This document shows positions 14,517-26,586 of a DNA stretch of 64,000 nt, one piece after another. A model generated the notes under the pieces. The model searched no databases, had not been told where the DNA came from, and worked only from the letters and a program-made list of their open reading frames with translations. This DNA comes from Macrostomum lignano (Eukaryota): NCBI GenBank assembly GCA_002269645.1, contig NIVC01000130.1, positions 620,001 to 684,000 of the forward strand. Reading direction: 5' to 3'. Positions within the stretch are counted from its first letter, which is position 1; each line of letters opens with the position of its first letter. The translations under genes and the position numbers were made by a program.

Positions 14517-17500
14517 GTCAACCTGCCCAACAGTGTCGGCATGACTCCGCTGATGCTGACAGTTGCTGAAGGACAAGTTGACGCGATCGACGTGCTGCAC
14601 AGGATGGGCGCAGATTTGGATATTGAGGTGGGGCTTGAAAAATCAGTTTTTAGCTGGCTTATATTGTTTTGCTATCGCACTGAATCAATTGGCTTTTTGG
14701 CCATAGACATTTTTTATCCCTTTATCCACGACCATTGATGATGGCGTTTATCGATGATATTGAAAAAAATAATCAATATTTTGATTTTCCACTCGATTTT
14801 CCTAGAAATGACCTAGAGCAGGGGTCGGAAAAATTTTCACCTCCAGGGCCAGGTAGAGAACCTAGCGCATGACTGTGGGCCAGAGGAGGGGAGAGAGAAG
14901 AGTGAATAGACAAGAGAAATAAGAGAAAGGAGTGGCGAGGGAATAAAGGACAAGAGAAGACGAGATGGTTGATGATGACAATGTTGAGTGGAGAGGAGAA
15001 GAGAGAAGAGGAGAGGATAGGAGAGGAGAGGAGAGGAAAGGAGAGGAGAGGAGAGGAGAGGAGAGACGAGAGGAGAGGAGAGGAGAGGAGAGGAGAGACG
15101 AGAGGAGAGGAAAGGAGAGGAGAGGAGAGGAGAGGAAAGGAGAGGAGAGACGAGAGGAGAGGAAAGGAGAGGAGAGGAGAGGAGAGGAGAGACGAGAGGA
15201 GAGGAAAGGAGAGGAGAGGAGAGGAGAGGAGTGGAGAGACGAGATGAGAGGAGAGGAGATGAGAGGAGACGAGAGGAGAGGAGAGGAGATGAGAGGAGAG
15301 GAGAGGAGAGGAGAGGAGAGGAGAGGAGAGGAGAGGAGAGGAGAGGAGAGGAGAGGAGAGGAGAGGAGAGGAGAGGAGAGGAAAGGAGAGGAGAGGAGAT
15401 GAGAGGAGAGACGAGAGGAGAGGAAAGGAGAGGAAAGGAGAGGAGAGGAGAGGAGAGGAGTGGAGAGACGAGATGAGAGGAGAGGAGATGAGAGGAGACG
15501 AGAGGAGAGGAGAGGAGAGGAGAGGAGAGGAGAGGAGAGGAGAGGAGAGGAGAGGAGAGGAGAGGAGAGGAGAGGAGAGGAGAGGAGAGGAGAGGAGAGG
15601 AGAGGAGAGGAGAGGAGAGGAGAGGAGTGGAGAGACGAGAGGAGAGGAGAAGAGAAGAGAAAGGGGAGAGAAGAAAGCTAAGTAGAGACACAAACTTTGA
15701 GCGGCCCGGATTGCTATTGTGCAGTTTCAAGAACCCTAAGACCAGATAGAGAGGATTTGCGGGCCGCATGTGGCCTGGGAGCTGGAGTCAGCCGACCACT
15801 GAGCTATAGGAATGTGTATACGTCTTAAGCGTTTCTAACAATGTCTTACTTTGGTTGTGTTTTCTTTGTTTAGCCAGACATCTCCCTGCCCCTTGAATTG
15901 AATGTTGTCTTCTTGACCTTGAATCACGGCATTAACTTGAGTCTATACATTTCTAGTGAACTTCTGTCGCGGGTTCAGTACAGACTTTACCGCCCTCAAA
16001 AACCCATCGTCCAAACCGTGTCAGGACAAGCTAAGCTTCACCGCTCTGACCCACGCATCGGTGCGCAACAACTCGCCGGCTGTGACAAAACTGCTCAAGC
16101 TTCAAGCTAGGCCGGATCCGCAGGACTTTTGCGGCAACACGCCGCTAATCTGGGCGGCCAGGTGCGGCAACGCGGATGTGATCAGGGAGCTGCGCGAGAG
16201 CCTGACAGATCTGCCCCAGTGGTTGCACAAAGGCGAATACAAAATGGATGCCGGGCAGTGGGCTGCCTATTTTGGTCACAATGAGTGCAAGAGAATCATT
16301 GATGAGAGGTACGACTAGACTAGCTCTGTGAACATTCATAGAGCTTTTCGCTTAAGAAAGTTAGGATTCTATGTGAATTTTGTATCCTACACACATGTCC
16401 TGTGCCTAAAATTCATGAAAATGGTAAAGCAGTGACTAGACAACCTGCGACAGATCCTAAACGATGTCTAGACAACCTGCGACAAATCCTAAACGATGTC
16501 TAGACAACCCTCGATAGATCCTAAACAATGTCTAGACAACCCGCGACAGATCCTAAACAATGTCTAGACAACCCTCGATAGATCCTAAACAATGTCTAGA
16601 CAACCCTCGATAGATCCTAAACAATGTCTAGACAACCCTCGATAGATCCTAAACAATGTCTAGACAACCCACGATAGATCCTAAACAATGTCTAGACAAC
16701 CCCAGATATATTTTTAACAATGCCCGAAACAACCAACGGTAGATCCTTGAAACAATGTCTAGACAACCCTCGATAGATCCTAAACAATGTCTAGACAACC
16801 CACGATAGTTCCCAAAAAATGTCTAGACAACCCAAGATAGATTTTTAACAATGCCCGAGACAACCAATGGTAGATCCTAAACAATGTCTAAACAACCCAC
16901 GATAGATCCCAAAGATGTCAACCCAGGATAGATCCTAAACAATGTCTAGACACAACCCACTAATCGATGCAGTGCCCAAACAACCCACTTCTTTCTAAAT
17001 GAAGTCTCAACCCAGTTTAGATTAGAGTCTCTGCCAGATCACCGTCTGTTAAATTAAAAATCTATCCTATCTTATACCGATCACAACTCAAATCTTTTAT
17101 GTCAGAGTCAAACAGTTGATGCAGTTGGATGCCGCAGCATCATCTGACCCTGTCCAACCCGAAATTGAAACGGCCAATATAACGGCCAATGAAACGGCAT
17201 CGTATCCGGCGATAGACGCACGAAGGCCTTGGTACACAATGCAATCGCGCAGGTGAGATGATAGCCATCTGATTTCTCATCATTGGTTTTATTACTTGAG
17301 CAAGCAATTCTCCTAGGTGTTATTGTCTGCGATTCTCCTCAGACGTGGCTACGCCATGATAATTAACATAATTGACTTCGAAAACGAACTAAATCTGACA
17401 AAACGACACGGCGCCGAACTGGATTTTCATGAAGAGTTAAAAAGTCTCCTTCACGCGTTTGTTAAAATGGGCTTTGAGACGAAATATTTCGAGAATAAGT

Positions 17501-20500
17501 AAGTTGTTTAAGTGTTACAATTTGTACATACTGCTGGAATTCTCGTAATAACAGACATCTATTAACTGCGTTCTTCCTCTGGACCACGACATATTAAGGA
17601 AAAGAAATTAGCATTTAAAACAAGAGAAAAGGTTATCTATCTATGTTTACTATTATAGCTCGTACTACAGCCTAGCATACGCGTTAATCGTTACTTTGAA
17701 ATTTCCTCCGCGTATAAGCTTCAGCCAGTAAGAACTTAGGGTGGGGACTATTATGAAATTCCAGCAGTCAATGAAATTCATGGGGTGGGGAATATATCCC
17801 AATTTTAGGAAGTGTTGGCCATAGACTCGCTTTCAGATGAGCAATCCTTTCTATTCCATTATCCATGGGGAACAACACACTGCATGCGGTAGTTATGATC
17901 TCCATTGCCAAGACCTCAGTCACAACACAGTCTATGGTCTCCATTGCCAAGACCTCAGTCACAACACCGTCTATGGTCTCCATTGCCAAGACCTCAGTCA
18001 CAACACCGTCTATGGTCTCCATTGCCAAGACCTCAGTCACAACACAGTCTATGGTCGTCTCCATTGCCAAGACCTCAGTCACAACACAGTCTATGGTCTC
18101 CATTGCCAAGACCTCAGTCACAACACCGTCTATGGTCTCCATTGCCAAGACCTCAGTCACAACACAGTCTATGGTCTCCATTGCCAAGACCTCAGTCACA
18201 ACACAGTCTATGGTCTCCATTGCCAAGACCTCAGTCACAACACAGTCTATGGTCTCCATTGCCAAGACCTCAGTCACAACACAGTCTATGGTCTCCATTG
18301 CCAAGACCTCAGTCACAACACAGTCTATGGTCTCCATTGCCAAGACCTCAGTCACAACACAGTCTATGGTCTCCATTGCCAAGACCTCAGTCACAACACA
18401 GTCTATGGTCTCCATTGCCAAGACCTCAGTCACAACACAGTCCATGGCCAACTTTGCTGTTTAGGCCACAGATTCGATATTACCTCGTAGATGTGTCAAG
18501 CCAAGAACATGGATGAAGGAATCCTTCCATGTTATTCCTTCATCCATTATCCAGCATTCTAGGAATATACGAATATAGAATCTGTGGACTAGGTCTTATA
18601 CGAGATACGAGTATTACCTATCAAATGGAGCCCTATCGCTAACCTGGAACTTGAAATTCTTTACAGATGTGTCGAATTCTTCAAAAATCTGATGTCAAAC
18701 ACTGACTGGCCATTAAGTGACTTCAATGAGCACGACGCCTTCCTGCTGTGCATCTGCAGCCACGGCGGCGAAGGATTCGTGTACGCCACCGATGGAAAAG
18801 TGAAGTTGGAAGACGTTTTCAGTCAGGTACATGTATATTAGTATTAATATTAATAATTGATATTACACCTGCCCCAATTGGGCCAGATATGTGCAACCGA
18901 CAGCTCAGCTGCAGCTATTGTGCGCGGCGCATCTGAAGGCTGCGTAGTACGGCTGTTCAGTCCAAGGACTGGGAGGGGGTCACCACGCACCCTCAATTCT
19001 GGTACCAATTTTACAGCTGGGTGAACTGACACAATGCATGAGTTAAGTGTCTTGCTCAAGAACACAAATTGTTTTGAGTGGATCGAGAATCGAACCCCCG
19101 ACCTTTCGGTCGTAAGTCCGACGCTCTAATCACTATAGGAGTTACAACCCCTCAGTCAAATATCAAGTATAACCTATTCTTGATCTTATAACTATTTGTA
19201 CTCTTATTTAGCAAGCAAGCGCTAAACTTAATAAGTTAGAAAGTTACATATCGTCGAAAATTTTTGCCGATCAATCTGCTTAGCTTTTAATAGCGATCCA
19301 TGGCTACAAAAAGTAATCACCTGTCTTACAAGCAAATAAACTAAATAAATCACTATCTCTCATTTCTATCTCTTGAACCTCAGTGACGTAAAATTTTCGG
19401 TATTAGGTCATCATCGTATTTTAATATGCCTCCTTAATATTTGAGAAGCTTCCTAAGTTGTCTGGTGAGCGCAAATATGTAATTAATTCATATTTGGTGA
19501 AACTTTCGTAATTCTCGGCAGCCTCTTGCGTTTCTTCGTAAATCTAAGACCAAGGACTACTAAAAGTATAGAAGGTTGCAACACTCAACATCTATGGAAA
19601 ATGTTTCGAAGGCCACTTTTGAAAGCTTTTCTTTGTGGAAGGTTCAAAGCAGAATATGCGGATTATTTGTCCTTTTTACATATCGTTCCCCAAGCCTAAT
19701 TAAGCAACACAAATTTATTTTGCAGGTGCAGCAAACTAGCGGACTCAAAAATAAACCGAAACTGTTCGTGGTACAGTCGTGCCGCAACCTGGATACGGAT
19801 GCAGATCAAGTTCAAGACAGCAGGCCAGATGTCCACTACAGAAATCAGCAGGACTGCTTCTACGCCTACAGCGTTGTCGAGGGCTGTTTGTCGCATCGAC
19901 ATCCGGAGCGCGGCTGCCTGTTCGCTCAGGTGCAGGGGCGTCGCCATGAATTTTCTCCGGGGACAAAGCAAAGAGTTTTACATGTACATGTACATGACTA
20001 AATTCCTACATGTACGAGAGTACATTATTTTGAGAGTCGGTGTTGTCAGCGCTCATTTTAGCACCGCAGGCACTCATTTTAGCGCCGCAGGAACTCATTA
20101 TGGCGCCGCAGGCACTCATTTTAGCGCCGCAGGCACTCATTTTAGCGTCGCAGGCACTCATTTTAGCGCCACAGGCACTCATTTTAGCGCCGCAGGCACT
20201 CATTTTAGCGCCGCAGACACTCATTTTAGCACCGCAGGCACTCATTTTAGCGCCGCAGGCACTCATTTTAGCGCCGCAGGCACTCATTTTAGCGCCGCAG
20301 GCACTCATTTTAGCGCCGCAGGCACTCATTTTGGCGCCGCAGGCACAATTTTAGCACCGCAGGCACTCATTTTGGCGCCGCAGTCACTCATTTTAGCGCC
20401 ACAGGCACTCATTTTGGCGCCGCAGGCACTCATTTTAGCGCCGCAGGCACTCATTTTAGCGCCACAGGCACTCATTTTAGCGCAACAGGCACTCATTTTG

Positions 20501-22270
20501 GCGCCGCAGGCACTCATTTTAGCGCCGCAGGCACTCATTTTAGCGCCACAGGCACTCATTTTAGCGCCACAGGCACTCATTTTGGCGCCGCAGGCACTCA
20601 TTTTAGCGCCGCAGGCACTCATTTTAGCGCCGCAGGCACTCATTTTAGCACCGCAGGCACTCATTTTAGCGCCGCAGGCACTCATTTTAGCGCCGCAGGC
20701 ACTCATTTTAGCGCCACAGGCACTCATTTTAGCGCCGCAGGCACTCATTTTAGCGCCGCAGGCACTCATTTTAGCGCCGCAGGCACTCATTTTGGCGCCG
20801 CAGGCACAATTTTAGCACCGCAGGCACTCATTTTGGCGCCGCAGTCACTCATTTTAGCGCCACAGGCACTCATTTTGGCGCCGCAGGCACTCATTTTAGC
20901 GCCACAGGCACTCATTTTAGCGCCGCAGGCACTCATTTTAGCGCCGCAGGCACTCATTTTTGGCGCCGCAGGCACTCATTTTTGGCGCCGCAGGCACTCA
21001 TTTTAGCTCATTTTAGCACTGCAGACCTCATTTTAGCGCCGCAGGCACTCATTTTAGCGCCGCAGGCACTCGTTTTAGCGCCGCAGGCACTCATTTTAGC
21101 TCATTTTAGCACTGCAGACCTCATTTTAGCGCCGCAGGCACTCATTTTAGCGCCGCAGGCACTCGTTTTAGCGCCGCAGGCACTCATTTTAGCGCCGCAG
21201 GCACTCATTTTAGCGCCGCAGGCACTCATTTTAGCGCCGCAGGCACTCATTTTTGGCGCCGCAGGCACTCATTTTAGCTCATTTTAGCACTGCAGACCTC
21301 ATTTTAGCGCCGCAGGCACTCATTTTAGCACCGCAGGCACTCGTTTTAGCGCCGCAGGCACTCATTTTAGCTCATTTTAGCACTGCAGACCTCATTTTAG
21401 CGCCGCAGGCACTCATTTTAGCGCCGCAGGCACTCGTTTTAGCGCCGCAGGCACTCATTTTAGCGCCGCAGGCACTCATTTTTGGCGCCGCAGGCACTTA
21501 TTTTAGCTCATTTTAGCACTGCAGACCTCATTTTAGCGCCGCAGGCACTCATTTTAGCTCATTTTAGCACTGCAGACCTCATTTTAGCGCCGCAGGCACT
21601 CATTTTAGCTCATTTTAGCACTGCAGACCTCATTTTAGCGCCGCAGGCACTCATTTTAGCGCCGCAGGCACTCGTTTTAGCGCCGCAGGCACTCATTTTA
21701 GCGCCGCAGGCACTCATTTTAGCGCCGCAGGCACTCATTTTAGCGCCGCAGGCACTCGTTTTAGCGCCGCAGGCACTCATTTTAGCGCCGCAGGCACTCA
21801 TTTTAGCGCCGCAGGCACTCATTTTAGCGCCGCAGGTGCTATATTTAAGCTCACTGAAACAAAATTATTGCTTTCCACAACGGGTCACAAGGTGGGGGGG
21901 GGGGACAAAGGATTGGTATGTACTTCCCATAGCTTTCACTGGGTGGGACATGCCTCCCTTATCCCCCCCTCCCGGTGGCGAAGCCCCTGCTCAGGTGAAA
22001 CACAAAATATTGAATCAACCAGCTCTACTGTTGAGCAATTTCTGATGATGAAAGAATGATTTTCTTAATTTGAATTTCCAGGCCCTCCGCGACGTTCTTC
22101 TCGACGAAGATAGCGACCTTCGTGTGGATGAATTCACCAGCTTATTTCCGGCAGTAACTCACCGGGTAGCCATTGAGACAAACGACAAACAGATTGCCTG
22201 CACAAAGAGTACATTGAGGAAGCTGTTGTACTTTCCACCGCTGCCAAGCTGCCCCAGTTGGGTATCTTGA
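14517..22270 (+). CDS. Ankyrin-repeat + caspase (peptidase C14A) protein, at least 7 exons, >=416 aa; 5' exons uncertain (candidate ATG 14189)
   Basis: Exons 14517-14627, 16025-16308, 17106-17252, 17343-17498, 18667-18826, 19726-19929 and 22082-22270 join in phase (1251 nt). ANK motifs GMTPLM, SFTALT and GNTPLIWAA. Caspase motifs RGYAMIIN, CSHG, KPKLFVVQSCR, YSVVEG..SHRHPERGCLFAQAL and KSTLRKLLYF. The ANK and caspase parts are each confident; their fusion rests on the phase-2 junction 16308/17106. Confidence 0.8.
14985..15670. repeat. Polypurine (GGAGA)n low-complexity array in an ANK intron
   Basis: Almost pure A/G on the + strand. Confidence 0.97.
16437..16960. repeat. 32-bp intronic minisatellite (GATAGATCCTAAACAATGTCTAGACAACCCTC), degenerate distally
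   Basis: Period 32 (TGTCTAG at 16561 and 16593); lies between the ANK and caspase exons. Confidence 0.9.
17905..18445. repeat. 39-bp intronic minisatellite, ~14 copies
   Basis: CTATGGTCTCCATTGCCAAGACCTCAGTCACAACACAGT tandem; 13-aa periodicity in the ORF track. Confidence 0.96.
18841..19151 (-). mobile_element. tRNA-derived SINE with a CORE-like central domain, in a caspase intron
   Basis: Minus strand: A-box-like TAGTGATTAGAGCG, B-box-like GGTTCGATTCTC, then GTGTTCTTGAGCAAGACACTTAACTC...CTGTAAAATTGG resembling the MIR/CORE consensus, then an AT-rich tail. Confidence 0.68.
20048..21836. repeat. 21-bp intronic minisatellite (GCAGGCACTCATTTTAGCGCC) with higher-order blocks
   Basis: Tandem array in the last caspase intron; variant GCTCATTTTAGCACTGCAGACCTC units recur periodically after ~21000. 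Confidence 0.97.
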
Positions 22271-23239
22271 TGAAACAATTCCTGCAGTGATTGAATTCGC
22301 GCGTATAGCACAGAGATTCTGGTCTGTGAAACTTTTTAAAGACTTGCGAATCGAATAGACAAAATGATGTAAATTTCGCTTTCAATGTAGAGGCAATACG
22401 GACTTCGTTATTAAAATCATAAATTCTTGTGTATTATAGGCGTTTAATAGTCCACCATAGATTCGGCATTATTTGTTTCACTTTGCCATTGCTTATTAGC
22501 GTTTACCAGGCGTTTGATTTTCTTAGCTAACCGCAAATACGAAAGCATGGTCTTGATTGTATAAATTTAATATAATATTATGTATACGTATTGCCTACGG
22601 CCCTCTACACGAAAATAAAATTATACGAAAATTATATGGTGAAATAATCGTGGCATGCGGCACATGTATGGACTATTGGACTTAGTTAATTTCAAAAAAT
22701 TAAAAAAAATTTGTCAAATAGAATCCACTTATTTATTTTGTTAGAGCATAATGCACTCGATCGTACATGTCAGTTATAGATAGTGGACCAAATGTAGTTA
22801 GGTTTAGTGGACCAGAACTAACTACTCAGACGTGTGTGTTTTAGATTAAAGCATGTACAGTAAATTAGTTTGATCAGATTAAGATAAAGATTAAAGATAA
22901 AGAATAAACAATAAAGATTGTATAGATTGTAGCACGATTGTATAGATAGGAATAAGGGGAACTTCGTCGCAATGTACATTCTTCAAACGTAGATTGACTG
23001 CTGGGCTGGCTTGCTAGCTCAATATTATTCGGGATGGGGGTGGTTTTTTGCAGGCAGGGGCCTGCGTACGCTGAATGTACAAGAATTGATTTGTTGAATT
23101 GGGGTGGTGGGTGGCGTGGGGCGGCGGGCGTGGGGGGTGGGTTGAAAAGACCGCGACAAACCGTCTTGTCTATACCGTCTTGTTTATACTCTCAGAACAA
23201 TTTAAACTAGAGCTCAGTTTATAGCGTGCGAGCAGAAAA

Positions 23240-23400
23240 TTGAAGGAAGCCTTTTCGTCGTGACGTGAGCGGCGCGGCGCGGCGCGTACATGCAGTATTC
23301 TTACGCACGCTATAAACTTGTGTTTGTAGCAAGAAGTTAGTAAGCAAGAATTCGGTACAAAAAGCGAGCTGACCCTGACGTACTAAGATTTCAAGGAAAG
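23240..23400 (+). promoter_or_regulatory. Candidate core promoter of the second GTPase
   Basis: CpG-dense patch with TGACGT (CRE-like) at 23261 and 23376 and TATAAA at 23311, upstream of ATG 23443. Motif presence only. Confidence 0.25.
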
Positions 23401-23442
23401 TTACCTGCAGCAAACCGACAAACCTACTAAGCGACGGAAAAA

Positions 23443-25216
23443 ATGGAAAACGAAGCTGAGAATGTTGAACTGCAGCTAATAAACCAACGACTTGGCTGTA
23501 GAGCTGATTTAAAGTTAAAACTGCTTGTTGTCGGCTCAAGTCTTGTTGGCAAGACTAGCTTAGTTAGTAGGTTCGATAATCCAAAATCGAATATTGACCA
23601 TCTAAAACGCACGCTGCCCGGCTCCTTTCATCACTTCATTATGCCAGTTGGTGACGGTCGAAATGCTCAAATTAGAATCTGGGACATGTGCGGGATGGTA
23701 AGGATCGTTTCACCTATCCAATTACATCACAGTTTAATGTATATCCGTGATTCTTAGTTTTCGAAATTTCGTCTTGTCTAGTAACTATGTCTAGTCTAAT
23801 CAAGTCTTAGTCTATCTAGTCTCATCTAGTCTAGTCTCACTCTCGTCTAGTAGTATCATGATCTCATCTAGGTCTAGTCTAGTCTCACTCGTCTAGTGTA
23901 GTCTCATCTAGTTAAGTCTCACTCGCGTATTGTCTCGTAGTCTCATCGAATCAAGTTTTACTCTCGTCTAGTCTCATCTAATCTAGCCTAACTCTCGTCT
24001 AGTCTAGTCTAGTCTCATCTAGTCTAATATCATCTAGTCAAGTCTCACTCGTGTCTAGTCTAGTCTCATCTAGTCAAGTCTCACTTTCGTCTACTAGTCT
24101 AATCTCATCTAATCAAGTCTCACTCTCGTCTAGTCTAGTCTCACTCTCGTTTCGTCTAGTCTCACTCTCGTCTAGTCTAGTCTCACTCTCGTCTAGTCTA
24201 GTCTCACTCTCGTGTAGTCTAGTCTCACTCTCGTCTAGTCTAGTCTCACTCTCGTCTAGTCTAGTCTCACTCTCGTCTAGTCTAGTCTCACTCTCGTCTA
24301 GTCTAGTCTCACTCTCGTCTAGTCTAGTCTCATCTAGTCTAATCTCTATCGCCTCGTCGCATTTAGTCGAGTCTCATCTGTTCTAGTCTAATCTCATCTA
24401 ATCTAGTCTAGTCTAGAATAGTCAAGTCTAAGGCCTCATCTCATATCCTCTGAGTCTTTTTTTATCCTTTCGGCATCTCTCTTCTTGAGCAATTTAATCT
24501 CCGTCATCCGTCATATATATATGTCACTGCCCTCTGTTCTCACTGCCCTCTTGTATGGACGCAATTTTTTCATTTTCTCACTTTTACATTCTCAAAGCCC
24601 GTGCACAAAAAGGAAAACGAATCGGCCAATTTTCCACAACTCGCACCCAACACCAACCTGCACCCATCGCGCGTTCCAGGAGAAGCTGCACGAATACAAC
24701 GCAGAATTTTACGCTGGCGTCAACGCTGTGATGCTGGTATTTGCGTTAGACAACTACGATTCGTTCAATCAGCTTCCCGATTGGCTGGATAGAATTGGGC
24801 GCCTATCCAAATGTAGCCAGTGCCAAAAACTGCAAAAGCAGACAATTGCAGACCAAGAGCCGCAGCAGCACCAGCAGCAACAGGAATTGAGTAAGAAGCC
24901 GAAAAAAATAAGTCCCTGTCAGCACATTGACCTCGCCTTAGTTGGCAACAAATCCGATTTAGGCAACAATCGCCTAATTTCATCTATGGAAGCTGACGAG
25001 TTTGCACTTCATTACGGCATGACTTACGTGGAGACGTCGGCTCTTTCGATGGACAACGTGCAAAAAGCTTTCTACGATTTGGTTCTATCAGCTGTTAGAA
25101 GACAACAGCAAGTTGCAGATCAAGATGGATTAGAAGCTGGAGGTCATAAGCATCAGCGATTGGCTGGTTGGAAGGCGCTGTGCTGCAGCTGCACTACTGG
25201 TCGTTCTGGGGCTTAA
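23443..25216 (+). CDS. Divergent Rab-like small GTPase, 2 exons, ~263 aa
   Basis: Exons 23443-23697 and 24680-25216 (phase 0). KLLVVGSSLVGKTS (G1), IWDMCGM|EKL (G3), LVFALDNYDSF, LVGNKSDL (G4), YVETSAL (G5), and a CCSC cluster near the C-terminus. Confidence 0.9.
23790..24430. repeat. TCTAG-rich intronic repeat, 21-bp unit (TCTAGTCTCACTCTCGTCTAG) in its core
   Basis: Tandem/degenerate array in the Rab-like intron. Confidence 0.9.
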
Positions 25217-26586
25217 CTAGCGCGTTGTTCATTTTTTTATTATTTTTTAAAATTTACTGCATCAAATATAATATGACGATGAATTCATTTGCTGCTGCAA
25301 CGCTTATTATAATAATATACTATTTCCAAATCTAGCCATTGCGTAAGTTTATTAAATAAATAAAATTGCTATAGTTAATCCACTGTTGCTGCGAGCCAAA
25401 CCTTAGATATACGCACATTTGATATACATTTAGATGTCCACGTATGCAGTGTATTACTTCAGCTACAGAACTTTTCTTGTTGAAGTTTGATTCACCGTGT
25501 TTCTGTGTATAAATTGCAGAAGGTGGCTAGCTTAGTTAATAATCGGTGTTACCATGTTAAAACAAAACAAAATATTTATTTGCCAGATTTGTCATTTAAT
25601 AGGCTAGAATTTAAAAAATGCTTATAATGAAACACATTGCTTAAAGAAAGAGTAATTTACATAAGTTGCATTTAATAGTTAGGATTTTATGACGGCATTT
25701 TAATTTCCTTGCGGAAGAAGAAATTGGGCGTTTCTTATTAACAATTTTCTATTGTTGATGTTTTTGTTTATAAATTCTGCTATCCAGTTACTGTATTTAA
25801 TAATTGTTCATTCATTCAATTCATTCATTTATTCAATTGTATTTTAATAAGTGTCAGACTCAACAAAAAGACTTGATATCAATTTTTCTATGTGTATCTG
25901 ACTGTATAAAATAAAATATGTTGTTATACTCTAGGCTATTTATTATAGTGTTATTCTAAAGAAATTCTTATTAGCTTTTAAATATAACATTGCATGACTA
26001 CTACATGGAGTGCCATTTTTGTAAAAACACCACTAGCCTGACCTATTCCTAACAATTGCTTTGCCATTGTTGTTGTATCTATAATCTAGTATCTATCTAC
26101 AAATTATCAATAGGCCCAATACTAGGCCTAAGTAAAAATTCAATAGTTCCCTAAACTTATAGTTTTAATAAAAATTTGAATTTTTTACATTTTAGATGCT
26201 ATCCTATTAATAGAAAATTTCTTACTTAATTAGTTTATTACATTGTTGGCATTATCATTGCCATTGGAATTAGCTTAGATCCTTAGACCCTATGACCTAT
26301 CTTAGTCTATAGACTAGCCTATATGCTAGGGGGCCTATAAATTTATTAAAAAAATTTATAAAATATTTTTTATGTACTATTTATTAGGGGCCTAAGTACT
26401 TACTTAGGCCTAATAATATTATGGCCAAAGCCCAAAGGCCTAGTTTTTTTATCTTATTGTTATTAACATTGTCCCATAGTCAGGAGAGCAGAAGATTTTA
26501 CCAAACTTTATTGTATAAATTAAGCTTAGGGCCTAAGATGGTTTTAATTAGGCATATAATAACTTTTACTAGATAATTGTTAATTG

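Noticed and set aside
14773-15769. LLSSP / ERRGE ORFs
   Set aside because: (GGAGA)n low-complexity intron sequence.
15956-16318. Stand-alone 120-aa ankyrin gene as given by the ORF track
   Set aside because: Better explained as an internal exon (16025-16308) with in-phase splice sites on both sides.
17768-18516. Periodic ORFs on both strands
   Set aside because: 39-bp intronic minisatellite inside the caspase gene.
19075-19151. Possible tRNA gene on the minus strand
   Set aside because: A/B boxes are present, but it continues into a SINE core and I could not fold a convincing cloverleaf.
21845-21990. G/C-run patches resembling hAT MITE ends (also ~46690-46730, ~51715-51745)
   Set aside because: Only one terminus is visible and no TSD pair was found.
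19799-22045. ALILAPQ / MSACGAK ORFs
   Set aside because: 21-bp intronic array; the flanking caspase exons join in phase without it.
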